A DNA stretch of 64,000 nt. Origin: an uncultured Bacilli bacterium. Its GTDB lineage: Bacteria; Bacillota_I; Bacilli_A; RF39; UBA660. The notes beneath the pieces were generated by a model. It saw only the letters and a program-made list of their open reading frames with translations, searched no databases and was not told the DNA's origin. The stretch spans positions 136,598 to 200,597 of the forward strand of contig CALVJR010000001.1 of assembly GCA_944332295.1 (NCBI GenBank), read 5' to 3'. Shown piece by piece: positions 31,474 to 40,010 of the stretch. The position numbers were made by a program, and so were the translations under genes. Position 1 is the stretch's first letter; every line of letters starts with the position of its first letter.

Positions 31474-32424
31474 TCATTCATTATTTTCAGAAGGTTCTTC
31501 ATAAGAACAATGCCATAATCTCTCATTAGCAGTTCTTTTACTTGTTATATGAAGACCTTCTTTCTCCAACAAACTTAGGTTTCTTTGAATTAAACCTCCA
31601 AGTTGTGTTGGAGTTAACAAAATATTTGTTTTAGATAAGATATCTGATATCGTATAATCAAAATCCTTCTTAGTAACTGCATATTTTATAAATAATAATA
31701 GATTATAATCAGTTTCATCATCAGTATTTTCATCTATAACGCTAAATGTTTGATTTTCATTTCTTTTCAAATTTAATTCTAATCTACTAAAATCTCTACC
31801 TTTATAATCTAAAGTTAGTTTATTACAATTATTTTTTGATTCTTTTAATTTCATAATTCCAGATGCGTCAGCAGTTAGTCCGACACTACCCATAATTCCA
31901 TTACTTTTATTTAAGTGATGTGTAACAAATAATGTACAGTTATATTTTCTACATATTTCTTTAAACTTTTTAAATACAACATTATTTATTTCTTGATAAT
32001 CATTTTGATTATAGTCACTATCAAATTTAATGTCTTTAAACATATCAATTATTACGAATAAAGGTTCTTTATCAAAGGTTAATTCATGAATATCTCTTTC
32101 AATATCTCTGATATAAAAATCTGGAATATCATCTATATCTATAATGTGTAATTTATCTACATTAGGTTTCAAATTCATTAATTTAAATCGGTCTTGTAAT
32201 TGATTTATATCGCCCTCTGTGGTAATATATAAGACATGAGAGGGATTTACTTTGAATCCTAAAAAATCTTCTCCAGTAGTAAGAGAGAAGGCAAGTTGCT
32301 GAGCAAACATTGACTTGCCAACCTTAGGATGAGATACAAGTAGATAAACTCCATTTGATATCATTAGGTTTTCGACGATGATATCTTTTTTTATGCTTTT
32401 ATTTAATTCATTTATCTGTTTCAA
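31474..32424 (-). CDS. AAA_25 / RepA-like helicase-fold replication protein
   Basis: SHPKVGKS Walker A, VLYITTE, VIID, VTHHLNK, GS.GL. Confidence 0.82.
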   Translation of the reverse strand: MKQINELNKSIKKDIIVENLMISNGVYLLVSHPKVGKSMFAQQLAFSLTTGEDFLGFKVNPSHVLYITTEGDINQLQDRFKLMNLKPNVDKLHIIDIDDIPDFYIRDIERDIHELTFDKEPLFVIIDMFKDIKFDSDYNQNDYQEINNVVFKKFKEICRKYNCTLFVTHHLNKSNGIMGSVGLTADASGIMKLKESKNNCNKLTLDYKGRDFSRLELNLKRNENQTFSVIDENTDDETDYNLLLFIKYAVTKKDFDYTISDILSKTNILLTPTQLGGLIQRNLSLLEKEGLHITSKRTANERLWHCSYEEPSENNE

Positions 32425-32439
32425 TTTGTATCTCCTTTC

Positions 32440-32691
32440 TTACATGTTTTTAATTAATTGTTTACTAGAAACTCTAGATTCTAAATAAGGAATATCTATA
32501 TCAAAGAATGCTACAACTTCTTTTGTTGGAACAACAGACTTTGGAATAAGATAACCTTGTTTTTCTAATTTATCTTTTATTTTCTTTTTAGCTTTTAGTG
32601 CAGAATTCCTACCTAGATGTCCTAACTTCATAATATCTTCTAGGGTGCACCATTGCTTAGCTATTAATTTTAATGTTTCTTCTGCAGACAT
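32440..32691 (-). CDS. Excisionase-like small DNA-binding protein
   Basis: 83 aa, WCTLEDIMKL..GRNSA HTH-like segment, position in the element backbone. Confidence 0.55.
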   Translation of the reverse strand: MSAEETLKLIAKQWCTLEDIMKLGHLGRNSALKAKKKIKDKLEKQGYLIPKSVVPTKEVVAFFDIDIPYLESRVSSKQLIKNM

Positions 32692-32711
32692 ATTATTTTC
32701 CTCCCTTCGTA

Positions 32712-32966
32712 TTAATTTTTTTGTGGTGATACAAAAACGTAATATGTATCATCTAATGAATTATAGATAATATATTTTTTCTTTCTTAATTCTCTAAATG
32801 CTAGAGCAACATCTTTTCTACTATCATTACTAAGAGAGTAAAGATCAGTATTTTCAAGTTCATCATTAGTTCTAACTAATAATGAATTAAGCATACCAGT
32901 TGCTCCAATAGATAAATCTTTAGGAATTATATAATCATTTATATTATCTTTCTTAAATAATCTCAT
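32712..32966 (-). CDS. Small winged-HTH-like protein
   Basis: LSIGATGML...AFRELRKKKYI pattern, strong SD. Confidence 0.55.
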   Translation of the reverse strand: MRLFKKDNINDYIIPKDLSIGATGMLNSLLVRTNDELENTDLYSLSNDSRKDVALAFRELRKKKYIIYNSLDDTYYVFVSPQKN

Positions 32967-32990
32967 ATTCTTAACCTCCTTCCTTTGTAA

Positions 32991-33090
32991 TGTCCGATAT
33001 TAAGGACAATTTAAATATAACACTGTCCGAAAACATTGTCAATACAATTTGACCGAAAAACTAGACATTTAAATAAAAACGTGGTAAAAT
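32991..33090. promoter_or_regulatory. Divergent promoters with three 18-bp operator-like boxes
   Basis: TGTCCGATATTAAGGACA (32991), TGTCCGAAAACATTGTCA (33024), TGACCGAAAAACTAGACA (33050). Minus-strand TTGACA-N17-TATATT and plus-strand TAGACA-N17-TAAAAT. Confidence 0.75.
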
Positions 33091-33130
33091 TAAATTGTTG
33101 AGAGAAAAAAGGGGAGAAAGAAGTGTTATT

Positions 33131-33652
33131 ATGAACTCAGAAGAACTTAAAAATTTAATTGAATCTGCAAGAGAGGCAAAAGGTATTTCACAAAGAGAAC
33201 TTGCTAAATTAACAGGTATTAGTAGAAGTACTTTAAATGATTTAATTAATGGTAAAATAAAAAAAGTAGATATTGATGATCTACGTAAAATTGCTGAAAC
33301 TTTAGATATGTCATTACAGAAACTATTAAAGGTTGCAGGATATGATGAAATGCTTTTCTATTTTTCTAAGGATAAATATGCAAATAAATCTAGTAAAGAT
33401 TTAAAAGACTTAATTGAACAATATAAAGAATCTGAATTAGAATTACTAGATTTTGATAATGAAAAAAGAAAAAAAGTAAGTGATGCAAGACAAAAATTAT
33501 TTTACACTATGGAACACTTAAAAATAATGAAAGATAATAAAGATAGTTTATATACAATAGATAAAGCCATTGAAGATATTAAATATGCATTTGACGAATT
33601 AGAGGATGCAGAACATAAATACGATTATAGTAAATTACCAAAGAAAAACTAG
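33131..33652 (+). CDS. XRE-family HTH repressor
   Basis: AREAKGISQRELAKLTGISRSTLNDLING. Start placed at ATG 33131. Confidence 0.9.
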   Translation: MNSEELKNLIESAREAKGISQRELAKLTGISRSTLNDLINGKIKKVDIDDLRKIAETLDMSLQKLLKVAGYDEMLFYFSKDKYANKSSKDLKDLIEQYKESELELLDFDNEKRKKVSDARQKLFYTMEHLKIMKDNKDSLYTIDKAIEDIKYAFDELEDAEHKYDYSKLPKKN

Positions 33653-33664
33653 GGAGATGATATT

Positions 33665-34270
33665 ATGGACATAATTAAGTTCAATTTAGATGAACTTGAA
33701 AATCAAAATACAGGTTTTTCATACTATTTATTAGGAAGAAGTTATGATTTAGAAGAAAATGGTGCTATCCAAGATTATACAAAAGCATTAGAATATTATT
33801 TAAAGGGTTTAAATATTGATTATCCATTATGTATTTATTCTTTAGGTATTTCTTACGAATTAGGATTAGGAGAAATATTATCAATAGATAAAAATAAATC
33901 AAAAGAACTTCTAAACAATGCATATCCTAAGATTATTAAATTAATAAATAATCCTAACATTTCTGATACAGAAAGAATCTATGCAAAATTTGTAACTGGT
34001 GCTTATTATTATTTTGGACTTGGTAATATAGAAAAAGATTATAACAAAGCATTTCAGATTATTAAAGAATGTGCTGATAAAGGTCATATTGCCGCAATTT
34101 ATGATTTGGGTGCTAATTTTTATTTTAATGGTAATGGAACGGATATTAATTATGACTTGGCAGATTATTATTTGAATCTTGCAAAAGAAAATGGTTTAAA
34201 AAGAGCAATGGATTTATGTAAATCAAGAAGTAAAATTAAGAAAAAATCGGAGAGGGATAATAATGAATAA
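33665..34270 (+). CDS. Sel1-like repeat protein
   Basis: LGxxY..G....D..KA repeats. Confidence 0.85.
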   Translation: MDIIKFNLDELENQNTGFSYYLLGRSYDLEENGAIQDYTKALEYYLKGLNIDYPLCIYSLGISYELGLGEILSIDKNKSKELLNNAYPKIIKLINNPNISDTERIYAKFVTGAYYYFGLGNIEKDYNKAFQIIKECADKGHIAAIYDLGANFYFNGNGTDINYDLADYYLNLAKENGLKRAMDLCKSRSKIKKKSERDNNE

Positions 34271-34892
34271 AAAAATTGAAAATGCTATAAAATATTATAA
34301 GTTATGTACTAAACTAAAGGATACAATTAGGACAGGTCCTATTGTTTGGAATGCAAAAAGAGAAAGAATCGAAAGTGTTGCAGAACACATATACGGAGTT
34401 CAAATGTTAGCGATATCAATTTATTATCAATTGGGATACAAATTAGATATTATGAAAGTTATTTATATGTTGGCAGTTCATGAACTTGAAGAAATAGAAA
34501 TTGGCGATTTAGCATTCTTTGAAACTACAAGAGAAGAAAAACTTATTAAAGGTAAGAAAGCAACAGATTATATATTAAAGGATTTGCTTGGAAAAGATGA
34601 AATATCAGCATTATTAGATGAGTATAATGAAAGAACTACAGAAGAAGCAAAATTTGCTTATCATTGTGATAAATTAGAGTGTGATATTCAAATGAAACTA
34701 TATGATCAAGAAGGATGTTTTGATTTAAATAATCAGCCTAATAACCCAATTCTTAATAATCCTAATGTTAGAAAAGTATTAGATAGTGAAAAAAATATAT
34801 CTAATGCATGGATTGAATTTGATAGAAGTAAATATGAAGATGATAAAAACTTTATTGAGATTATCGACTATTTAAAAGAAAACGAAATATAA
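34263..34892 (+). CDS. HD-domain phosphohydrolase (YfbR/HDDC2-like)
   Basis: LKDTIRTG, ESVAEH, VHELEE, GD, CDKLE. Confidence 0.85.
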   Translation: MNKKIENAIKYYKLCTKLKDTIRTGPIVWNAKRERIESVAEHIYGVQMLAISIYYQLGYKLDIMKVIYMLAVHELEEIEIGDLAFFETTREEKLIKGKKATDYILKDLLGKDEISALLDEYNERTTEEAKFAYHCDKLECDIQMKLYDQEGCFDLNNQPNNPILNNPNVRKVLDSEKNISNAWIEFDRSKYEDDKNFIEIIDYLKENEI

Positions 34893-34909
34893 GTTAGGAG
34901 AATCGAAAG

Positions 34910-35635
34910 ATGAATAATAAAGTAGCATTAGTTACTGGTGGAACTAGTGGAATAGGAAAAGAGATAGTAAAAGAATTATTAGATAAAAATTGTAAAGTAA
35001 TAACTTGTTACCATAATAATGAAATAATAGCTAAAGAAACTGAGAAAGAATTTAATAATGAAAATTTATTAATAATAAAATGTGATGTAAGTAATGAAGA
35101 AGAAGTTATTGATATGTTTGATAAAATAAAAACTAAATATGGTAAAATTGATTATTTAGTTAATAATGCTGGAACATTTATAGATAATTTAATTAAAGAT
35201 TTTGATATAAGTGATTTTAAAAAGGTCTTAGATATCAATTTGTTAGGAAAGGTTATTTGTACTAAACATAGTTATCCGATTATGAATGAAGGTGGTAGTA
35301 TAGTAAATATTTCATCTCATTTAGGAGTAGTACCTTGTACTGAATCACCTGCATATTGTTCAGCTGCTGCCGGCATTATCACATTTACTAAAGCAACAGC
35401 ATTAGAATTTTCTGATAAAAAAATTAGAGCTAATTGTATATGCCCTGCATTTACCCCAACACCTTTGTCATTAAGAGGATGGAAACAAGAAGAAATAGAT
35501 CAAAAATTAAAAGAAACTCCATTAGGAAGATTTGCTACTCCTGAGGATACGGCTAAATTGTGTTTATTTTTATTATCTGATGATTCAAGTTTTATAACTG
35601 GTGAAAATATTTGGATTAATGGAGGAAGATTCTAA
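34910..35635 (+). CDS. SDR-family oxidoreductase
   Basis: TGGTSGIG, NNAG, and YCSAA (the Lys of YxxxK is absent). Confidence 0.9.
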   Translation: MNNKVALVTGGTSGIGKEIVKELLDKNCKVITCYHNNEIIAKETEKEFNNENLLIIKCDVSNEEEVIDMFDKIKTKYGKIDYLVNNAGTFIDNLIKDFDISDFKKVLDINLLGKVICTKHSYPIMNEGGSIVNISSHLGVVPCTESPAYCSAAAGIITFTKATALEFSDKKIRANCICPAFTPTPLSLRGWKQEEIDQKLKETPLGRFATPEDTAKLCLFLLSDDSSFITGENIWINGGRF

Positions 35636-36177
35636 TGAATAATTACATAGTATTACATGGAAGCTTTGGCTCAAAGAATGGAAATTGGTTTCCTTGGTTA
35701 AAGAAAGAATTAGAAGAAAGAAATTTGAAAGTTGATGTACCACAAATGCCTGTAGGTGTTGGTAATCAAAATTTTGAAAATTGGTCTAAAATAATGAATG
35801 AACTAAATATTAATGCTAATACAACAATAATTGCTCATAGTATTGCTCCAATATTTGTATGTAAATATTTAATAACAAATAAGATAAAAGTAAAAAAATT
35901 AATATTTGTATGTGGATTTAATAATTATTTAGGGATAGATAAAGATTTTGATGCAGTAAATGAACCTATGTTTATTGATAACTATAAGGATATTAAAAAT
36001 TATTGTGATAATATAGTTTGTTATTATTCTGATAATGATCCTTATGTAAAATTTGAAGTTGAACAAGAATTTGCTGATGTTATTTCAAATAGACAATATA
36101 TTATTGAAGAAGGCGGTCATATAAACGAAGAAAGCGGATATATAACTTTTGAAGAAATATTACAGGAAGTAGGTTAA
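35635..36177 (+). CDS. YdeN/RBBP9-like alpha/beta hydrolase
   Basis: VLHG, NWFPWL, AHSIA, SDNDPYV, GGHIN. Confidence 0.88.
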   Translation: MNNYIVLHGSFGSKNGNWFPWLKKELEERNLKVDVPQMPVGVGNQNFENWSKIMNELNINANTTIIAHSIAPIFVCKYLITNKIKVKKLIFVCGFNNYLGIDKDFDAVNEPMFIDNYKDIKNYCDNIVCYYSDNDPYVKFEVEQEFADVISNRQYIIEEGGHINEESGYITFEEILQEVG

Positions 36178-36181
36178 AGAT

Positions 36182-36904
36182 ATGAAAATAGTTACTTGGA
36201 ACATTGGTGAAGATGAAAGAAATGAAAATGGTAAATTAAATATAAATTCTTATAATTATATAGTAGATTTTATTAAAAAAGAAAATATAGATGTTATTTG
36301 CTTACAAGAAGCTATTATAAAATCAGATTATTTACCAAGCATAGCAAAATATATAAATGATAAAACTGATTTAAAATATTCAGTTGAATATGAATTGTCT
36401 GATTCTCATATTAACATTGGATGTAAAATGGGGATTGTTATCTGTTCTAGATATGAAATAACTAATTATGAAACATTACTATTAGATAATCCTAACTTAA
36501 TTTATTCAGTGGATGAAAATACAACTTATTATTCACATGATAAAGGATTTATTATTTCGAATATTCAAGGAATAAATATTATTACAGGTCATTGCTTACC
36601 ATTTCATGTATTTAAAGAAAATCCATTAGATTATTTAAGTATATTTGAAAAAGCAGATGACAAATTCATAAATGCTTATGATTATAATGATAAATTAGTA
36701 TTATGTGGAGATTTTAATTATGATGATGTTAATACTATATTTCCAAAAATAATGACTCATTGTAAAGATTTAATAAATGAGTCAACAAGAAAAGATAAAC
36801 AATTAGATCATTTTATTATAAGTAATAAATTAAATTGTTCTTATAATAAAGTTGTTGATAATATATTTGATCATAAATTAGGAATTTTTGAAATTTATAA
36901 TTAA
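36182..36904 (+). CDS. Endonuclease/exonuclease/phosphatase (EEP) family protein
   Basis: VTWNI, CLQE, GDFN, LDHF, FDH. Confidence 0.88.
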   Translation: MKIVTWNIGEDERNENGKLNINSYNYIVDFIKKENIDVICLQEAIIKSDYLPSIAKYINDKTDLKYSVEYELSDSHINIGCKMGIVICSRYEITNYETLLLDNPNLIYSVDENTTYYSHDKGFIISNIQGINIITGHCLPFHVFKENPLDYLSIFEKADDKFINAYDYNDKLVLCGDFNYDDVNTIFPKIMTHCKDLINESTRKDKQLDHFIISNKLNCSYNKVVDNIFDHKLGIFEIYN

Positions 36905-36952
36905 ATTAGAAATATATATATATAAATTACACTTTTGAAAGTGAGTGATATT

Positions 36953-37345
36953 GTGAAAGTATTAAGTTTAACTGAACCATATGCAACATTAATAAAAAAT
37001 GGAAGTAAAACTATTGAAACTAGAAGTTGGAAAACAAATTATAGGGGTAAACTATATATTCATGCAAGTTCAACAAAAATTCCAAAAGAATATAAAAATA
37101 ATGAAGCATTAATGTCATTAGTTAATTTAAATGAATTAAACTATGGTAATATAATTTGTTCTTGTGAATTAGTAGATTGTATTGAAATGACAGATAAATT
37201 TATAGAGGATATAAAGAAAAATAAAAATGAGTATATAACAGGTGTTTATGCTATCGGAAGATATGCGTGGATATTAAAAGATATAAAAGTATTAGATAAA
37301 CCTATTAAAGCTAAAGGACATTTAGGTATTTGGAATTTTGAATAA
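36953..37345 (+). CDS. ASCH-domain protein
   Basis: LSLTEPYATLI..GSKTIETRSW..YRG.LYIHAS, KGHLGIW. Start is uncertain (GTG 36953). Confidence 0.88.
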   Translation: MKVLSLTEPYATLIKNGSKTIETRSWKTNYRGKLYIHASSTKIPKEYKNNEALMSLVNLNELNYGNIICSCELVDCIEMTDKFIEDIKKNKNEYITGVYAIGRYAWILKDIKVLDKPIKAKGHLGIWNFE

Positions 37346-37385
37346 TTTTTAAATACAATATTAAATTATTAGATAAATTTAGATA

Positions 37386-37453
37386 AAAATGACACTGTGA
37401 CACTAAAAATGAGTGTAGGGTACTCACAAACAATGTGTCACTGTGTCATTTTT
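37386..37453. repeat. Long inverted repeat with tandem TGACAC units (terminator or protein-binding site)
   Basis: AAAAATGACACTGTGACAC / GTGTCACTGTGTCATTTTT, 19-bp arms with one mismatch. Inner TGAGTG/TACTCA hairpin, then a T-tract. Confidence 0.7.
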
Positions 37454-37496
37454 TTTAAATAAATTAGTTGAATTGATAGAAAAAATTGGTGATTTT

Positions 37497-37505
37497 TGAT
37501 ATAAT
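37497..37505 (+). promoter_or_regulatory. Extended -10 promoter of the RT locus
   Basis: TGATATAAT (TGnTATAAT). Predicted transcription start near 37512. Confidence 0.6.
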
Positions 37506-37511
37506 ATTCTC

Positions 37512-38012
37512 GTACTTAGGAACAGATAATAGTTTTATTTGGTACATTCAATTCGGTGAAAGTCCGAGGAATCCTTATAATGGGAGTATTAGCATTGCTC
37601 ATAGCAATAGCTAGGTAAATGATATGGAGTCCTCGTGGTTCGCTTGCAGACAAGCTGCAGCTCACCTACGAGTACTTACCATACATGACGTAAATTGCCA
37701 AACGTATGGAGATTAATTAAGATTTCAGGTTGCTGCTTTTCCCCTTTGTTTATTAGTTAATATATAAAGGAGGAATGCCTATGAAAAAGAAAAAGAAACA
37801 AAAAGTTATTGTTATTACAACAATTCTTGCATTTATTTTTCCAATTATGGTGAAGGTTTTAAATTTAGACTCTGATCAAATGACAACTTGCATAGTGTTT
37901 TATGGATTAGTAGTCAATTTGTACTCAAATTTTAATTTTGGGGAAGCCCTTCTAGTGAAGCTGAGTATTATCACTTAATTAATCGTTGATGTATGTTTGG
38001 CGTTTTTACGTT
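37512..38012 (+). ncRNA. RT-associated structured RNA (retron msr/msd-like) with an embedded ORF
   Basis: GC-enriched hairpin domain at 37550-37685 and a long-range stem between 37688-37721 and 37974-38011, directly upstream of the RT SD. Confidence 0.65.
37781..37978 (+). CDS. Small basic 2-TM peptide, candidate toxin/effector
   Basis: AAGGAGG SD at 37767-37773, 7 nt before ATG 37781. MKKKKKQK followed by two hydrophobic segments, 65 aa. Confidence 0.65.
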   Translation: MKKKKKQKVIVITTILAFIFPIMVKVLNLDSDQMTTCIVFYGLVVNLYSNFNFGEALLVKLSIIT

Positions 38013-38025
38013 AAAGAGGTGAAAA

Positions 38026-39207
38026 ATGAAAATCAAAGTAATAAAGAATAGTGATTCTAAACTATATAATAGAGGAAGCAAAAAATATGTAGCAGATTTA
38101 TTATCAGATAAAAATAAAAATATAATTTTTACAAAGAATGATTTAAATAATATCATTTATAAATATGATAAGAAAGAAATTATATTTTATGAAAGTAAGA
38201 AAACTAAAAAAAGATATAAAAGAGAACCAAAAGATTATACATCTAAAAAATATAGAAAATTTACTGATGTTCCAGAACCTAGAAAGACTGCATTAAAAAA
38301 ATTAAATAGTTATTTATCTGAATTAAGTATACCTGATTATGTGTTTGCTAAAACTGATGGTGGTTATGTAAAAAATGCTAGACATCATAGAGGAAATACT
38401 AATTTTTTGTTAATAGATATAGCGAGTTTTTATCCAAATTGCAAATTTAAAGAAGTTAAACGTTTTTTTATGTCAGGTGGTGGATTTAAAATGAAAAATG
38501 ATCTTGCACAAAGAATGGCAGAATTAGTAACTGTACCAGAGAAGAGTAATCCAAAAATAAGAGTAATCCCACAAGGATTTCCAACTAGTACATTAATAAG
38601 TTTCTTTGCATATAGAAAAATGTTTGCAGAATTAAATAAGATTGCTTTAGAAAATGACTTGGTATTTAGTACCTATGTAGATGATGTAACTTTTTCTACT
38701 AATAATGAAAAATTTGATTTCAATTCGATTTTAGAATCTATAGATGGAGTATTAGAAAAATATGGGCATAAAAGAAAAAAAGAAAAGACACAAATTTGTT
38801 TATTAAAAGATAGTAAATGCCCGACAATAACTGGTATATGGATAAAAAGACATAAAGTAAGAGCTTCTTCAAAAATGTATAAAAAGTTGATTACTAATTA
38901 TAGATGGCTTATATCTAATCCTATTATTGATGGTACTAGTTATTTAAATGCTTGGAAACATTTTGTTGTTTTAGATGGATTACTAAACACAATTGATTAT
39001 ATCGAACCAGTTAATAAAATAAAAAGAGATTATATTAGAAATTATTTAAATGAAAATAGAGCAAACTTTATACAAGGATTATCTCCATATACGAAAAAAT
39101 TTAATAGTAATTATTGGAAATCTAAATTTTATAACGCCTATAAATGTAGTGATTTAGAAAAATTCTATTTATCTAATAAAGATAAGTTAAAGAAAAAAAG
39201 AATATAG
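38026..39207 (+). CDS. Retron-like reverse transcriptase
   Basis: NARHH (retron region X NAxxH), IDIASFYP, PQGFPTS, YVDD catalytic motif, ITG (VTG-like region Y). No maturase or endonuclease domain seen. Confidence 0.9.
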   Translation: MKIKVIKNSDSKLYNRGSKKYVADLLSDKNKNIIFTKNDLNNIIYKYDKKEIIFYESKKTKKRYKREPKDYTSKKYRKFTDVPEPRKTALKKLNSYLSELSIPDYVFAKTDGGYVKNARHHRGNTNFLLIDIASFYPNCKFKEVKRFFMSGGGFKMKNDLAQRMAELVTVPEKSNPKIRVIPQGFPTSTLISFFAYRKMFAELNKIALENDLVFSTYVDDVTFSTNNEKFDFNSILESIDGVLEKYGHKRKKEKTQICLLKDSKCPTITGIWIKRHKVRASSKMYKKLITNYRWLISNPIIDGTSYLNAWKHFVVLDGLLNTIDYIEPVNKIKRDYIRNYLNENRANFIQGLSPYTKKFNSNYWKSKFYNAYKCSDLEKFYLSNKDKLKKKRI

Positions 39208-39215
39208 TTATTTTT

Positions 39216-39454
39216 TCTAGATACCAAAATCAGATACTAAACGTTTAAAATAAAGTTATTTTTATAAACTTTACTAAATTATGATAAAAGAAAAAGCCTT
39301 ATTTTATAAGACTTTAACTAATTAATAAATTGTTACGAACTGATAATAATATTTCCCCCTGAAATTCCCCTCGAGAGAGGGGAATACTTTTTTTGTAAGG
39401 AATTATTACTAATTTAGATTTTTCTAGACACCATACTAGATACTAAATTATTTT
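39216..39454 (+). repeat. Composite att junction: right end of element 1 plus left end of element 2
   Basis: 39216-39357 resembles 41904-41990, and 39355-39454 resembles 28514-28615. Confidence 0.85.
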
Positions 39455-39955
39455 CAATATATTTATAAATATGTTGTATTACTATCTGAAAATAAAAAAG
39501 TTGATAGAGAAGTTTTAGAATTAAGTGCTTTATTACATGATATTGCTATGACTGATAGAAGCTTAGATAGAACTAATCATAATGAATATGGTTCAGTTAT
39601 TGCAGAACAATTACTACGAAAAAATAATTATCCAGAAGATAAAATACAACTAGTGAAAAAATGTATTTTAAATCATAGTAGTAAACGAGCGGATTTTAGA
39701 ACAACAGAAGAAGAAAGAATATTAGTAGATGCTGATGGTTTATCACATTTTGATTCAATTAACAATTTATATTCTTTAGCACATAATGTCATGGAACTTA
39801 ATGATAAAGATACAATAAAATTTATCCAAGACAAATTAACCAAAGATTATAATGAAATAAGTGATAATTTGAAATGTTTGATTCAAGAAAAATATGACAG
39901 TGTTATGAATATAAAAACAATAGATGAATTGCTAACTATAAGTAAAGAGAAATAA
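39455..39955 (+). pseudogene. 5'-truncated HD-domain protein
   Basis: The frame upstream of ATG 39548 reads QYIYKYVVLLSENKKVDREVLELSALLHDIA, so the HD motif precedes the first ATG and no start codon lies before it. Confidence 0.75.
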
Positions 39956-40010
39956 TAATTTGTTACAAATATATGATATAATATAATAAAAATAGGAGAA
40001 TTTTAATTGT

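Larger units (their letters stand above)
28514..39359. mobile_element. Integrative mobilizable element (~10.8 kb)
   Basis: Tyrosine integrase, MOB_V relaxase, AAA_25 protein, xis-like gene and XRE repressor. att-like ends with TCTAGATACCA/AGATACTAAA repeats. No T4SS genes. Confidence 0.9.

Noticed and set aside
28631-33652. Element as a prophage or full ICE
   Set aside because: No structural, terminase, T4SS or coupling-protein genes. A relaxase alone fits an IME.
37550-37570. CGGTGAAAGTCCG as part of an FMN or cobalamin riboswitch
   Set aside because: Only this short hairpin resembles them. The other conserved boxes and a fitting downstream gene are absent.
38026-39207. RT as a group II intron, DGR or CRISPR-associated RT
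   Set aside because: I saw no maturase/endonuclease region, intron domain V, TR/VR repeat pair, avd gene or cas gene. NAxxH and ITG point to a retron-like enzyme, though phylogeny is still needed.
28514-39391. 37-bp direct repeat read as a target-site duplication bounding a single element
   Set aside because: Similarity extends about 100 bp into arm-type repeats and a second right end exists at 41904-41990. The repeat is better explained as the left end of two tandem elements.
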